Positions 8,931-18,334 of a stretch of 32,636 nt of DNA are shown in pieces. Positions within the stretch are counted from its first letter, which is position 1, and each line of letters begins with the position of its first letter. A program made the position numbers and the translations under genes. The notes beneath the pieces were generated by a model. The model searched no databases and was not told the DNA's origin. It was given only the letters and a program-made list of their open reading frames with translations. The DNA is from a virus. Lineage: Duplodnaviria; Caudoviricetes. The DNA is taken from the IMG/VR virus record IMGVR_UViG_3300046003_008003, positions 1 through 32,636 of that record. One strand, given 5' to 3'.

Positions 8931-9215
8931 ATGCGTGATCACATCCATCTCATCGAAGGCCTGTTTGGCATCACGGACCCCTCAATCCTGGTTGTGGAAG
9001 AGGTTGAGACCTCCAACCGCATCGAGATCACCGAAGGCGTAGACGACTTCACCGCGCGCTGGGATGATCTGCCGTCCAAAAAAGACCTCGGATACCTGTT
9101 CGAGAGCATCAAGGAACGCCCCGACGTCGAGGCCTACTATCTGAACCGGATGGTCTTCCTGACCAAGCGTCAGGCCCTCGTGGCAATCAACAGCCTAGCC
9201 CGCGACGCAGTCTAG
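8931..9215 (+). CDS. Hypothetical protein between the terminase halves
   Basis: 94-aa ORF with TAAATA 8 nt upstream. Confidence 0.7.
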   Translation: MRDHIHLIEGLFGITDPSILVVEEVETSNRIEITEGVDDFTARWDDLPSKKDLGYLFESIKERPDVEAYYLNRMVFLTKRQALVAINSLARDAV

Positions 9216-9628
9216 ATTTCGCCCTCGACGTCTATGATCGTCGGGCTCAGCGGGACCATGTAGGGGAGCGTGATTTCCTCCTCGCTTTCGGAGTTGAAAT
9301 ACATCTCGCCAATCGAATCTCGGAACGCATATTTCTGCGTGTCATAGATACGACCGTCGCGGCGTTCGATCTGTAGGGCGCGGCGATGAACCTCGATAGT
9401 GCCAACCTGATACCACTGGTCCGGGTGATCACATACCTCCGTCAGCGGTTTGCAATGCCATAGGCGCAGGAGGACATCATCGGTGAACTTGTTGGTCATG
9501 ATAGCGTAGAGGCCCTTGAAGGCGTCCTCAACACCAACAAGGTCTTCCCGGTCGTTCATGCCGATCAACCGCACCTCGGCGATCTTTCTGTCGATGTATT
9601 GCTGCTCTGGCGCCCGCTTCCTGGTCAT
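9212..9628 (-). CDS. Hypothetical protein between the terminase halves
   Basis: 138-aa ORF; TATAAT 6 nt upstream of the ATG. Confidence 0.7.
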   Translation of the reverse strand: MTRKRAPEQQYIDRKIAEVRLIGMNDREDLVGVEDAFKGLYAIMTNKFTDDVLLRLWHCKPLTEVCDHPDQWYQVGTIEVHRRALQIERRDGRIYDTQKYAFRDSIGEMYFNSESEEEITLPYMVPLSPTIIDVEGEI

Positions 9629-9643
9629 TCGACCATTATAGCA

Positions 9644-11587
9644 TCAGGTTGCGCCGCTGGCCAGCTTCAATACACGATAGAGATCGCCGATCTTCATCGA
9701 ATAGTCGCGAGCACTATCGTTGAGGTCGAGACGGGTGTCGTTTGCAACGCACTCGAACTCCTGCTGGAAACGAGCTTCACCAAGCTGAGCCCGGTACGGC
9801 GCCGCCCAATCTTCGTCACGGTCGGGGTGAGCACTCCATGGAATCGTGACTGCGAAGAAATTGTTGGTTCCCAGCCCGCCAGGGCGGAAGTTGCCGTATT
9901 CGTCCTTGTTGTCGATGGCGGCCTTGTAGATTTGCGCGAACTGATCGACGTCGGATTTGGGAGTCGAGGTGATGATGCAGTCACCACCGGTCGAGAGAAC
10001 GGGGGCAATGGAGGTCCAGAACTCCTTGGCCTGATTCGGCGGCACGAACGCGAATTCGTCCAGATACAGGAGCGAGATCGACAGACCACGACCGGCGTCC
10101 GACGTGGTCGCGCGCGAGATGATGCGCGAGCCATTGTCGAAGCCGACGTTACCCTTGTTGTATTCGGTGACGCCTGCGCGGATGTGGTTCGGGAGGTTCT
10201 CGTAGCAGTAGCGGATTCGCTCCATGATCTCCAGGGCCTGCGAGAGCTTGTTCGCGGTCAGGAGGATGGTGGTGTCCGGCGTGAACATCGCCCGCCAGAG
10301 CAGATACCCGGCCGCACACGTGGTGTTGTGGGTCGGGACCAGTGTTTCACCGGCCAGGAAGAGGTGATCGGTGTTCTCGACCTGAAGGCAACGCATCGGG
10401 ACGCTATCGACTGGCGTGATCGACTTGATGTAGATGCGCTTGTTCTTAGGATGATTTTTCAGAGCGGAGAGACGTTCTGCTTTCCTCGGCAGAGTGCAGA
10501 CCTTGAGGTCTGTCGCGAACGTGAGGACGAAGCAGTCTTTCTTCGGCGTCGTCTTGACCCGAAGCGTGCTCTTGATGCCAAGCGTCGAAAGCAGGAAACG
10601 AACCTGCTTGATAAGTTTCTCATCGGACTGGTAGAAACGACAGACACCGTTCTTCTCTACGGTTCCGTCAGTATCCATCAGGCCCTGAAGGAGAGTCAGC
10701 CTCTTTTCAAAGCTCGTGTAGAGCATCTCGTGGGGTATGAGTTTTCGCCGTTCAGGATTAGACTTCGTTTTTTTAAGGCCAGCCCGTCGCATCTCGTCCG
10801 AAAATCGGCGACCCAAACCGAAGCAGCCGGTATTCTCCGTCCGTTTGTCGAGACGCCAGTCGTGGGCATCGTATCCCAACGACCTTGCTGCCGAGACGTA
10901 GTGTTGATAATCATCTCGGTGGCAGGTTATCTCCGAGCCCGACACACTACCGTCTCCGAGCCAGACGCCGAACAGATACGGGTCAACCGGTGAAGGCGCA
11001 TCTTCAAATTCCAGAGCTTCGCAGTGGTTGATGCTGATGCTCTGGCCACCCACCATGCCACGGTAATAGTTTTGCAGTTCGATCATACGGTCGGTCGTGA
11101 CCGTTTCGGTGCGCTGGTTTTTGTAGCCTGGGATGTTGATAGTCCACAGATGTTCAGCATCCGCGACAATGGTTTCGCCATGGGTGAACTCAATCTTGTA
11201 GCTGTTGCAATCGGTCATCGTTTCGGTGATGAATGAAACCGTGGCGGGCTTCCCATCCTTACCGAAAATAGTGTCTCCGACCTTGAGATCGCCCATTTTC
11301 GAGAACCCGGTGGGGGTCAGAATTGGCGTTTCGTTCCACAACCGCTTGCCCATTTGCCTCGCCGTGAGCGCAACAGTGAAGCGGTTCTCGTGGAAGGCCC
11401 GAATCATGTCCACCTGGAAGGGGTAGGGGATGAACGGGATTGCACCCTGGAGGGGGTGCTGAATTTTCATGAACGTGCGCATGAAATACATCGGGTCTTC
11501 GACGCACTGCACGAGTTCGGTTAGCATTTCAGTCGTATAGTCGGTCTTCGTATACGGCTTCTTGAGGATATCGGGGTCTTCAGCCAT
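9644..11587 (-). CDS. terL: Terminase large subunit N-terminal (ATPase) half with a cis intein and a split-intein N-fragment
   Basis: PYPFQ, Walker A RQMGK|TT (interrupted), Walker B LYLDEFAFV, ITSTP, ARFQQEFE then intein block A. Confidence 0.92.
   Translation of the reverse strand: MAEDPDILKKPYTKTDYTTEMLTELVQCVEDPMYFMRTFMKIQHPLQGAIPFIPYPFQVDMIRAFHENRFTVALTARQMGKRLWNETPILTPTGFSKMGDLKVGDTIFGKDGKPATVSFITETMTDCNSYKIEFTHGETIVADAEHLWTINIPGYKNQRTETVTTDRMIELQNYYRGMVGGQSISINHCEALEFEDAPSPVDPYLFGVWLGDGSVSGSEITCHRDDYQHYVSAARSLGYDAHDWRLDKRTENTGCFGLGRRFSDEMRRAGLKKTKSNPERRKLIPHEMLYTSFEKRLTLLQGLMDTDGTVEKNGVCRFYQSDEKLIKQVRFLLSTLGIKSTLRVKTTPKKDCFVLTFATDLKVCTLPRKAERLSALKNHPKNKRIYIKSITPVDSVPMRCLQVENTDHLFLAGETLVPTHNTTCAAGYLLWRAMFTPDTTILLTANKLSQALEIMERIRYCYENLPNHIRAGVTEYNKGNVGFDNGSRIISRATTSDAGRGLSISLLYLDEFAFVPPNQAKEFWTSIAPVLSTGGDCIITSTPKSDVDQFAQIYKAAIDNKDEYGNFRPGGLGTNNFFAVTIPWSAHPDRDEDWAAPYRAQLGEARFQQEFECVANDTRLDLNDSARDYSMKIGDLYRVLKLASGAT
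9647..9751 (-). mobile_element. Split intein N-fragment (IntN, 35 aa)
   Basis: CVANDTRL...MKIGDLY (block A) after QQEFE, then a stop codon. Confidence 0.85.
10325..11344 (-). mobile_element. 340-aa intein with LAGLIDADG homing endonuclease, class-3-type signature
   Basis: Inserted in Walker A; GVWLGDGS and LQGLMDTDG motifs; ADAEHLW, MRCLQV, PTHN|T. Confidence 0.9.
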
Positions 11588-11670
11588 GGCGTAGGAGGGC
11601 GAACATGGACCCGTGGGCCCCACCCTCAATAAAGTTGCCAGTTATTTAGTATCGTGGTATCCGGCAAAGC

Positions 11671-12066
11671 ATGTCTCTGCTGCCCAAACCATGCTCGCGT
11701 GTACCCCTCCACGAGACTGAGTTCTATCGCTATCATTTCGACAGTAGCGAAGTTATTCACAAGTCTGGACGGCATGGACTGATAACGATGCGGGCAAACT
11801 TCCACGAGTTCTATGGGAAGCTGGGTTGGGGCCCCAACTACTGGAAGATCATCGACTGGACATGCGCCGACGCTGAGCCCCTTATCCGCAAGGAGTTCGA
11901 CATCCTGGTCAACATGCATTTGGGTGGCTTCGAGAACCTCCCACCGCGCAATATGCTTCTCGTGATCGACCGCTTGGTCAACGAGACCGCGTGCGGTTAC
12001 AGTCGCCGGAACCTCGTCACAGTCCTGCGTCTCGCGATGTGCGATTCGGAGTTGTTCTGGCTATGA
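11671..12066 (+). CDS. Hypothetical protein (paralog of the next gene)
   Basis: C-terminus VNETACG..LRLAMCDSELFWL. Confidence 0.7.
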   Translation: MSLLPKPCSRVPLHETEFYRYHFDSSEVIHKSGRHGLITMRANFHEFYGKLGWGPNYWKIIDWTCADAEPLIRKEFDILVNMHLGGFENLPPRNMLLVIDRLVNETACGYSRRNLVTVLRLAMCDSELFWL

Positions 12067-12476
12067 AGGTCTACACCCAGAAACAGTTCCCGTGTGCGTT
12101 CACGCACGTGCACGAATGGAACGATTACTTCTACTATCACGCTGTCCGCGAGCGTATGTTCAGTTTCACGTCGGTCAACGACCCCAAGACCTATTCAGAA
12201 ATGCGGGGCGAGCACACCCATGAGGTCTGGCGGCGGGGCCGCCATGGAGAGTTGACGAAGGTCAGGTTCGATTTCCCCTTCAACGGCATTTTGCCGAAAG
12301 AGGTGTTCGTCTTCCTGGCCCGCTGTCTCGAAATGGGGACGAAAGAGCTACCCCGGATGAGCACGATCAAGAAAGTGTTCGGGGTCGTCAACGACACACA
12401 GTGCGGGTGGGAACCAGTCAAGCTGATCACCACCCTGAGGCTCGTCATGGACGAGAAAGACCTATACTGGCTCTAG
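12063..12476 (+). CDS. Hypothetical protein (paralog of the previous gene)
   Basis: ATGA overlap; C-terminus VNDTQCG..LRLVMDEKDLYWL. Confidence 0.7.
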   Translation: MKVYTQKQFPCAFTHVHEWNDYFYYHAVRERMFSFTSVNDPKTYSEMRGEHTHEVWRRGRHGELTKVRFDFPFNGILPKEVFVFLARCLEMGTKELPRMSTIKKVFGVVNDTQCGWEPVKLITTLRLVMDEKDLYWL

Positions 12477-12652
12477 GATTCCTGCACGAGAAAACGCTCG
12501 GCATGCAGCCGGTCATAGACGCGAGTGAAAGCTTGACCAACGCCAGACGCAAACCAGACGTGCACGCGGGTCTTCAACACTTTGGTGACCACTCCGAGCA
12601 CAATCGGATTGCCGCGATCATGGACGTGGTCCTGGAGTTTGGCGGTATACAT
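12473..12652 (-). CDS. Small hypothetical protein (59 aa, MYTAKLQD...)
   Basis: TGATG-coupled to the upstream gene; below the ORF track cutoff. Confidence 0.6.
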   Translation of the reverse strand: MYTAKLQDHVHDRGNPIVLGVVTKVLKTRVHVWFASGVGQAFTRVYDRLHAERFLVQES

Positions 12653-12858
12653 CAGGCAATCGCCTCGCCGAGTTCTTCGGCGACCTTGTCCAGAATCCAG
12701 AGGTAGGGGTCACCGGTCTTGGCCTTCATGGTCCCGTAGGGCATCTCGCCGCTCGCGCAGTAATGATCGAACAGGCGATCATGCATGTCCTGCGAGATTT
12801 CGCCGGTCGCCTTGAAGGCAGCAATGGCGTCGTGAGTCATGATTTGTTCGAAGGTCAT
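12652..12858 (-). CDS. Hypothetical protein (68 aa)
   Basis: ATG 6 nt after TTGACA-N16-TATGAT (12865-12892). Confidence 0.75.
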   Translation of the reverse strand: MTFEQIMTHDAIAAFKATGEISQDMHDRLFDHYCASGEMPYGTMKAKTGDPYLWILDKVAEELGEAIA

Positions 12859-12896
12859 AGGGGCATCATAGCCAGCCCCGAACACTTGTCAAGTAA

Positions 12897-14537
12897 TTAT
12901 TGCGGGCGATACTTGGCGTAGGCGGCTTCTTGGACCCGCGAGTTGAACTCACCATAGCGGTCGAATGATTCTCGCCATTTCCGTTCAGCGTCTACCATCC
13001 CCTCGTAGGATATCCCCTTGCCGTCACGGATGACGACGGTGTGGCGCCAGAAACCCGATGCGACGTGCTTTCCGCCCACGATCTCCAGGTACTCTTCCGG
13101 GACGTCCTGGATATCCTCGGCGTCCACGACGAACATGACGTCTTCCTTGGCGCAATACTGTGCTGCGATACGGAGCATCAGAGCTTTGATCTTCTCGTTT
13201 TCGCCGCCATAGGCGTGAACGATGCCGTATTTTTCGCCAGGAACGACGTAGATCATCCCCTTGATCATCTTCTCCATGAAGTGGTCGTAGCGGCCAGAGT
13301 CGTCGATGGCATCACGGAGCTTGCGGTCATAGAGGATGAAGGAGCCGTATTCGTCGCCCATGAGCAGCCATGTGCTCGGGTCGGAACTCGACATGTCCGT
13401 GGCCTCTTTCTCGTATTCCTTGAAACCACTCTCCTTGGCGGAGGCGATGATCTCCTTTGCGCGCTCGGCGGACATCTCCTTGGCCTTGACGAGGCGGACG
13501 TATTTGCCGTTCCTCAGGGCTTCGTTAACGAACATCGTGTGGACCTTGCGGAAATTCTGGGCGCCGCCCTGCGTGAACCCTCCCGAGGTTTTGCTCGGGT
13601 AGATGGTTCGTCCCATCTTGGTCAGCATGGGGCCGAAGCCGAAGCCCCGGTATTCGCTGGCGACCATGATGAGGACGCATCCCCACTCGTCCTGGAACGT
13701 GGCGACTCGTTGACCGTCTTCGTTGAAGATCGCGAGCATGATCTCGTAGAGGGCGAGGCCCTTGGCCACGGATTCCTCATCTGTAAAATATTCTGCGTTT
13801 CCATCCGGGCCCAACACGATGCTGGTGCCATCGGCGCCGCGCTTCACATAGGAGTTCTTCTCCTTGCGCATCTTGATGTCGAACCACAGGCCACGGACCT
13901 TCAGACGACGGAGTTGAGTCTGATACTGTTCCGGCTTGTCGGAATCGTAGCCGCGATTGAGATCAGCGAGGTTGACGTTGTAGGCAGAATCCGGGTGAGA
14001 TTTGCCCCCGCCGCAGAGTTGAAAATATTCGCGGAAGGTTAGCAGCGCGGGGTCGATGAGATCGCGCCGATGTGCTTCCTGGTGTTCGGCCATATCCTCG
14101 TTGAGGTCTTTGAGGTAGCTCTTGATCTTCGCCTGAGCGTAGTCGTCTTCCAGACAGATGCGGAATCCCGGATGCAAATCATCAACGGGCAGATCGGCCA
14201 GTGCAAACCATTCGGCCGCAGCGGTCTCGTAGTTGGTCGCAGCATAGAACTCGTGATCGATCACGGACAGGTAGTTCCAATAGGTGAAACCGGCCTTCTC
14301 GTAGCAGTAGAGGGGAACAAGGCTGTAGTCGGCGTGGTAGCCGGTCTCTTCTGAGATTTCGCGCCGGGCGGCTTCATCTGGGCTTTCGCCCTTCTCGATA
14401 CCGCCACCGAAGCATGCCCAGGTTCCAGCCGCATCGCCGTGCTCGCTTCTCTGTTGGAGGAGAACCCGACCCGTTTTCGAGCACAGGAACAGAACTCCCG
14501 CCGCTCCGCGTTCCATTTCCTCCGAGTAGTCTTCCAC
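12897..14537 (-). CDS. Nudix hydrolase fused to a GNAT-like domain
   Basis: Nudix box GGGIEKGESPDEAARREISEETG; later IMVASEYRGFGFG resembles the acetyl-CoA motif V..xRxxGxG. Confidence 0.75.
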   Translation of the reverse strand: MEDYSEEMERGAAGVLFLCSKTGRVLLQQRSEHGDAAGTWACFGGGIEKGESPDEAARREISEETGYHADYSLVPLYCYEKAGFTYWNYLSVIDHEFYAATNYETAAAEWFALADLPVDDLHPGFRICLEDDYAQAKIKSYLKDLNEDMAEHQEAHRRDLIDPALLTFREYFQLCGGGKSHPDSAYNVNLADLNRGYDSDKPEQYQTQLRRLKVRGLWFDIKMRKEKNSYVKRGADGTSIVLGPDGNAEYFTDEESVAKGLALYEIMLAIFNEDGQRVATFQDEWGCVLIMVASEYRGFGFGPMLTKMGRTIYPSKTSGGFTQGGAQNFRKVHTMFVNEALRNGKYVRLVKAKEMSAERAKEIIASAKESGFKEYEKEATDMSSSDPSTWLLMGDEYGSFILYDRKLRDAIDDSGRYDHFMEKMIKGMIYVVPGEKYGIVHAYGGENEKIKALMLRIAAQYCAKEDVMFVVDAEDIQDVPEEYLEIVGGKHVASGFWRHTVVIRDGKGISYEGMVDAERKWRESFDRYGEFNSRVQEAAYAKYRPQ

Positions 14538-14539
14538 GA

Positions 14540-15379
14540 TTACTCCTGACCGATGAACGCGATAGCTTGCTTGCGAATCTCTGGGCGCATGGCGTCGGCG
14601 TCGCGCGCCTCGCCGTTTTGGTCGCGGATGCTGATGACACTGATCTTGAAGCCCTTGCCGTCTCCGCTATAGGCTGCCGTGGCGGTGCCCGAACGACCCT
14701 GGAGGTTCCAAGGGAAATTGAAGGAGCCGGTCTCGTTCCTGATCTCAGCGGCGAAGTTGACCTCGCCGGGCTCGATAGCAGCCATGGCCTCTGCGCTTTC
14801 CGAGAGGTTGTCGGAGAAAAACTGTCGCAGGATGGATTGCTCGGCTTCGCTGTCCTTGGCGACCATTTCGAGACGGCCAAGCAAGTTGGCTCCCTCGGAA
14901 CCAGAGACGATCACGGATTCTCCAGACTGATTGTCATTGATCGAGACGGTGCCGAGAACGTCGGCTTCGTAGCCATAGCGGATGACGGACTCTTCGATTT
15001 GTTCGACGTTTTCTTCCCTGTGCTGGGTGCGAAGGGTTTGGAGGAGGACACGCACATCATCAATCGACACGCCGAGTTGGCCCGCGACTTTGTTCATGCC
15101 CTTCATCGTCAGGCGGACGCCATCCTTGATCTCGGCCTGAGAGACATTCGCTTTGTGGAGGATGTCGTGCAGGCGGTCGAGCATGCCCTGTTGATCTTCG
15201 TCCTCGTTGAGGGCCGAAGGGTCTTCCATGGCGTTGTCAGCATAGTTTCCGGTCGGCTTGACCTTCATGTCAGACTGGCTCTTGAAATCGTAAGCCTTGA
15301 TCTTGAACGACTTGGTCCGCGAAGCATCGCGATGACCGTAATCGTATTGGCCGCTGATGTTCTCCGGCGGTTTAGCCAT
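14540..15379 (-). CDS. Hypothetical protein (late operon)
   Basis: 279-aa acidic ORF, TAATG-coupled. Confidence 0.75.
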   Translation of the reverse strand: MAKPPENISGQYDYGHRDASRTKSFKIKAYDFKSQSDMKVKPTGNYADNAMEDPSALNEDEDQQGMLDRLHDILHKANVSQAEIKDGVRLTMKGMNKVAGQLGVSIDDVRVLLQTLRTQHREENVEQIEESVIRYGYEADVLGTVSINDNQSGESVIVSGSEGANLLGRLEMVAKDSEAEQSILRQFFSDNLSESAEAMAAIEPGEVNFAAEIRNETGSFNFPWNLQGRSGTATAAYSGDGKGFKISVISIRDQNGEARDADAMRPEIRKQAIAFIGQE

Positions 15380-16164
15380 TATTTGCCCTTTTTCTTGTCA
15401 ACAGCGATGCCGGTCTGGGACAAGACTTTTTCCTTGCCAGCCTTGGTCGTGTAGGTCTTCTTGTAGGTGCGGGTGTTGTCGTCGAGGTTGCCAGCACGGG
15501 ACACGCCAGACGCCGAGGCCGGGGCAGCGCGCTTTTTCTTGCCAGTGATGTGATCGTTGAAGTTGTCGGTCGGCTGGCCGGGCTCCTGGTCTTTCGGCTC
15601 CAGCCACTTGAACGGCTTAGGAGCGTTGGGGGCCTTGACCTCCAGATCACGCTCGGAAGCCAGCTTGGCAAGATAGCCCGTCAGACGCGAGTTGTATTCG
15701 TCGCCGTAATAGTCGGTCGCCGTCACTTCCTGGCCTTCCGGGTATTCCGGGGTGTCTATCAGGGCGGCGACCTTCAGACCCTTTTTGGCAGCTTCTGCTT
15801 CCATGTCCGCAAATGCGTTCAGACGCTGCGTCTCGACTTCCGTGGGTTCATTCTCGCCACGAACGACGATGAACTTCTCAGGGATTTTGAGCGCGTAGCG
15901 GATATCCTGCTGAAGGATGTAGGAAGAGGCTGCCAGCGTGAGGGTCACATCCACAAAATAGACCTCGGCATTATCGACGCCGGGGAAATCGAGCGGATGT
16001 TGTTGAAGAATGGTCTTGTGAACGCGGCCGATATTCAACGGAACATACTTGGCGAGAGTGCGCTCAATGATGTCCATGAAATCATCTTCCAGCGGAACCA
16101 CGGTCTTGATGCGGTAGTTGAAAGTGCGTTCGGTCTTGGCGAGGTATTCTTTGAGCATGCTCAT
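15379..16164 (-). CDS. Hypothetical protein, possibly virion-associated
   Basis: 261-aa ORF with GGAG RBS; TAAATA upstream. Confidence 0.75.
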   Translation of the reverse strand: MSMLKEYLAKTERTFNYRIKTVVPLEDDFMDIIERTLAKYVPLNIGRVHKTILQQHPLDFPGVDNAEVYFVDVTLTLAASSYILQQDIRYALKIPEKFIVVRGENEPTEVETQRLNAFADMEAEAAKKGLKVAALIDTPEYPEGQEVTATDYYGDEYNSRLTGYLAKLASERDLEVKAPNAPKPFKWLEPKDQEPGQPTDNFNDHITGKKKRAAPASASGVSRAGNLDDNTRTYKKTYTTKAGKEKVLSQTGIAVDKKKGK

Positions 16165-16219
16165 TCTGTGTGGTGCTCCAAAATAGAGTCTATGCCCTAT
16201 TTATGCCGAGCCGCAATTA

Positions 16220-16828
16220 TCATCTCGCACAAAAAACGGTGTCTCGGATTTCCTTCGCGAGAGTTATAGATCGGTTGTCTCGTCGCACGGCGGAGATGAT
16301 GCCGACGATTTCTCCGCTAGAGTTAACGATGGGGCCACCAGACATGCCCTGCTCGACGCGGCCATTGAGAGCGTAGAAGGTGCCATCCTCGCCGCCGATC
16401 TCATACATTTCGTTGCGGGCGACGAGCGCGACACTGCGGAAGCTACGGCCATTCGCATATCCACCAGCTTCATAAGTCTCCCCGGCTATGAAGCCATCGC
16501 AGTTCAGCCTGTAGGGCTGGACGTTTGCGGGGCTCGTGCGCAGGACTGCGAAATCATTTTCAGACTCGATGGAGCGAATCGTGAATTCGCGACCGTTCGG
16601 GGTCGTGCAAACGTCCGAGGCCACGACGTGACTGGCGGTGATGACCGTGGTGGACGAGATGTAGACGCCAGTGCCGGTCATGCGACCGCAGATCAGTTTA
16701 GGGATGGCATCGTCGTCAATGAGAACCGGCGCCACAGACATTTTCTCGACTGGTGGTGAGTGATCACCCGTCGCACCAAAGAGAATAATAACGCACATGA
16801 CTACAGCCCAGATGAATTTCTTCATCAT
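16220..16828 (-). CDS. Exported trypsin-like serine protease
   Basis: Signal/anchor helix; triad motifs TASHV, DFAVL, GMSGGP; GGAGG RBS; TAAATA upstream. Confidence 0.85.
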   Translation of the reverse strand: MMKKFIWAVVMCVIILFGATGDHSPPVEKMSVAPVLIDDDAIPKLICGRMTGTGVYISSTTVITASHVVASDVCTTPNGREFTIRSIESENDFAVLRTSPANVQPYRLNCDGFIAGETYEAGGYANGRSFRSVALVARNEMYEIGGEDGTFYALNGRVEQGMSGGPIVNSSGEIVGIISAVRRDNRSITLAKEIRDTVFCAR

Positions 16829-16860
16829 CAATCACCTCCCGAACCCGAAGTATTTAGAGG

Positions 16861-17583
16861 TCAGGGGGTGGGGGTTTGATCAGGGCTTTTCTCTTCGCAG
16901 AGGTAGGTATCTTTGAATTCTCGGATGAGGGTCTGATTGCGGCCAATCGACGTGGCCAGGATGGTGCCGATCTGCTCGCCTCTTTGGTTGAGGACAGGAC
17001 CCCCAGACATCCCGCTGTGAACCTTCCCTCGCATCACCCGTGCGTGGCGGAATTCCTGCCCGGAGCGGTAATCCTTGCTGTTCTCGTAGCCGGGCATGGC
17101 GACGCCAAGATTGAGCGTCAGTTGATCACCGTGTGCGTAGCCGACCATGAAATAGGTCTCGCCGGTAACGGCTCCGTTGCAGTTTATCGGAATTCGACGA
17201 GCGTGATGATTGAGGGCAGGATACAGGACAGCGAAATCCTGGTCGGGACGACGATAGGCAACCGGCGCAGGCTGGCCGCCAACGTGGCAGACGGGGGTGT
17301 TGGTGACGACGTGATTAGCCGAGACGATGGTGTTGGGTCCGACGATAGACGCGGTGCCGACGAAGGACCCGCAGGTGATGCGCACAATGGTGTTGAAGTT
17401 GATCGTGTCGTCGATCACGGGGATGTTTGGTGTACTGGGTTGGGGCGATGCGGGCGGAGGCGGCGCCTCGGGTCGGCTGAAGATGCTCGTCAGGTCTTTC
17501 TCTGGCACAGGAGGTTCCTGAACCACGGCCTCAGAGCAAGCTCCTAGAACCAACACACCAATAAGGAACAGCCAACGCTTCAT
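16861..17583 (-). CDS. Lipoprotein trypsin-like serine protease
   Basis: Lipobox LGAC, Pro-rich linker, SANHV, DFAVL, GMSGGP; GGAGG RBS. Confidence 0.85.
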   Translation of the reverse strand: MKRWLFLIGVLVLGACSEAVVQEPPVPEKDLTSIFSRPEAPPPPASPQPSTPNIPVIDDTINFNTIVRITCGSFVGTASIVGPNTIVSANHVVTNTPVCHVGGQPAPVAYRRPDQDFAVLYPALNHHARRIPINCNGAVTGETYFMVGYAHGDQLTLNLGVAMPGYENSKDYRSGQEFRHARVMRGKVHSGMSGGPVLNQRGEQIGTILATSIGRNQTLIREFKDTYLCEEKSPDQTPTP

Positions 17584-17758
17584 GGGGCCACCTCCCCTCT
17601 TCACATCTATTTAGTTTCCTTGACAGAAATGATGTGGTCGTCTAAAGTGGAGTTTCGCGGGTTTTTTGGAACAATCTTCCAACATCTTGCCAAGAAATGA
17701 TTCGATCACCGGTTACTGCCGTTCAGTTGGCAATAAAAATGCTCCAAAGAGGTTTATC

Positions 17759-18280
17759 GTGGAAGTTGTAGGCTGGCGGTGCGATCACACTGGCGAATAT
17801 TTCCCGCACAAGGATACCTACCTCCTGCACCTCAAGAGGATGGCCACGGGTCGCCGCTTCCGTCGAATCGAGAAAGCTGAGCAGATCAGGGTGGCGGATG
17901 ACCACGGTCAAGCGATCTGGAACCTGACATCGGTTGAGGCGATTTTCGAATACGTCGCCAACAACACCGACAGCATCGGCTTCCGCTATTATGCTGACCG
18001 TATCCCGAGGCCCAATATCGGGTTTTCGGTCGATAGCTACGTCTATGATGACGACACCGATGAGTGGGTCGTCGAAGTCACGATGCGTTTCCAGACCGAC
18101 AACCAGTCCACCTACGCTCTCATGCATGGTCTCCGGGCTATCGACATCAATCACCAGGACCTGATGAGCCGGTCGATCAGCCGTTTCGAGAAAGTTGGCC
18201 GCTTCGTCATCACCAACAAGAACCACCACTGGGACAAGCTCAAGATGACCGAGATGCTTCACGGTCGAATAAATGCTTGA
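17759..18280 (+). CDS. Hypothetical protein (dispersed paralog family)
   Basis: GTG start after AGAGG; start position uncertain. Confidence 0.6.
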   Translation: MEVVGWRCDHTGEYFPHKDTYLLHLKRMATGRRFRRIEKAEQIRVADDHGQAIWNLTSVEAIFEYVANNTDSIGFRYYADRIPRPNIGFSVDSYVYDDDTDEWVVEVTMRFQTDNQSTYALMHGLRAIDINHQDLMSRSISRFEKVGRFVITNKNHHWDKLKMTEMLHGRINA

Positions 18281-18334
18281 CAGGTAGGCGAACTCGTCTA
18301 CCCTTCCCTGAGTTAAACAGAAAAGGAACTACCA

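Noticed and set aside
8931-9628. Free-standing homing endonuclease between the split terminase halves
   Set aside because: No HNH, GIY-YIG, LAGLIDADG or clear PD-(D/E)xK motif is visible in either ORF.
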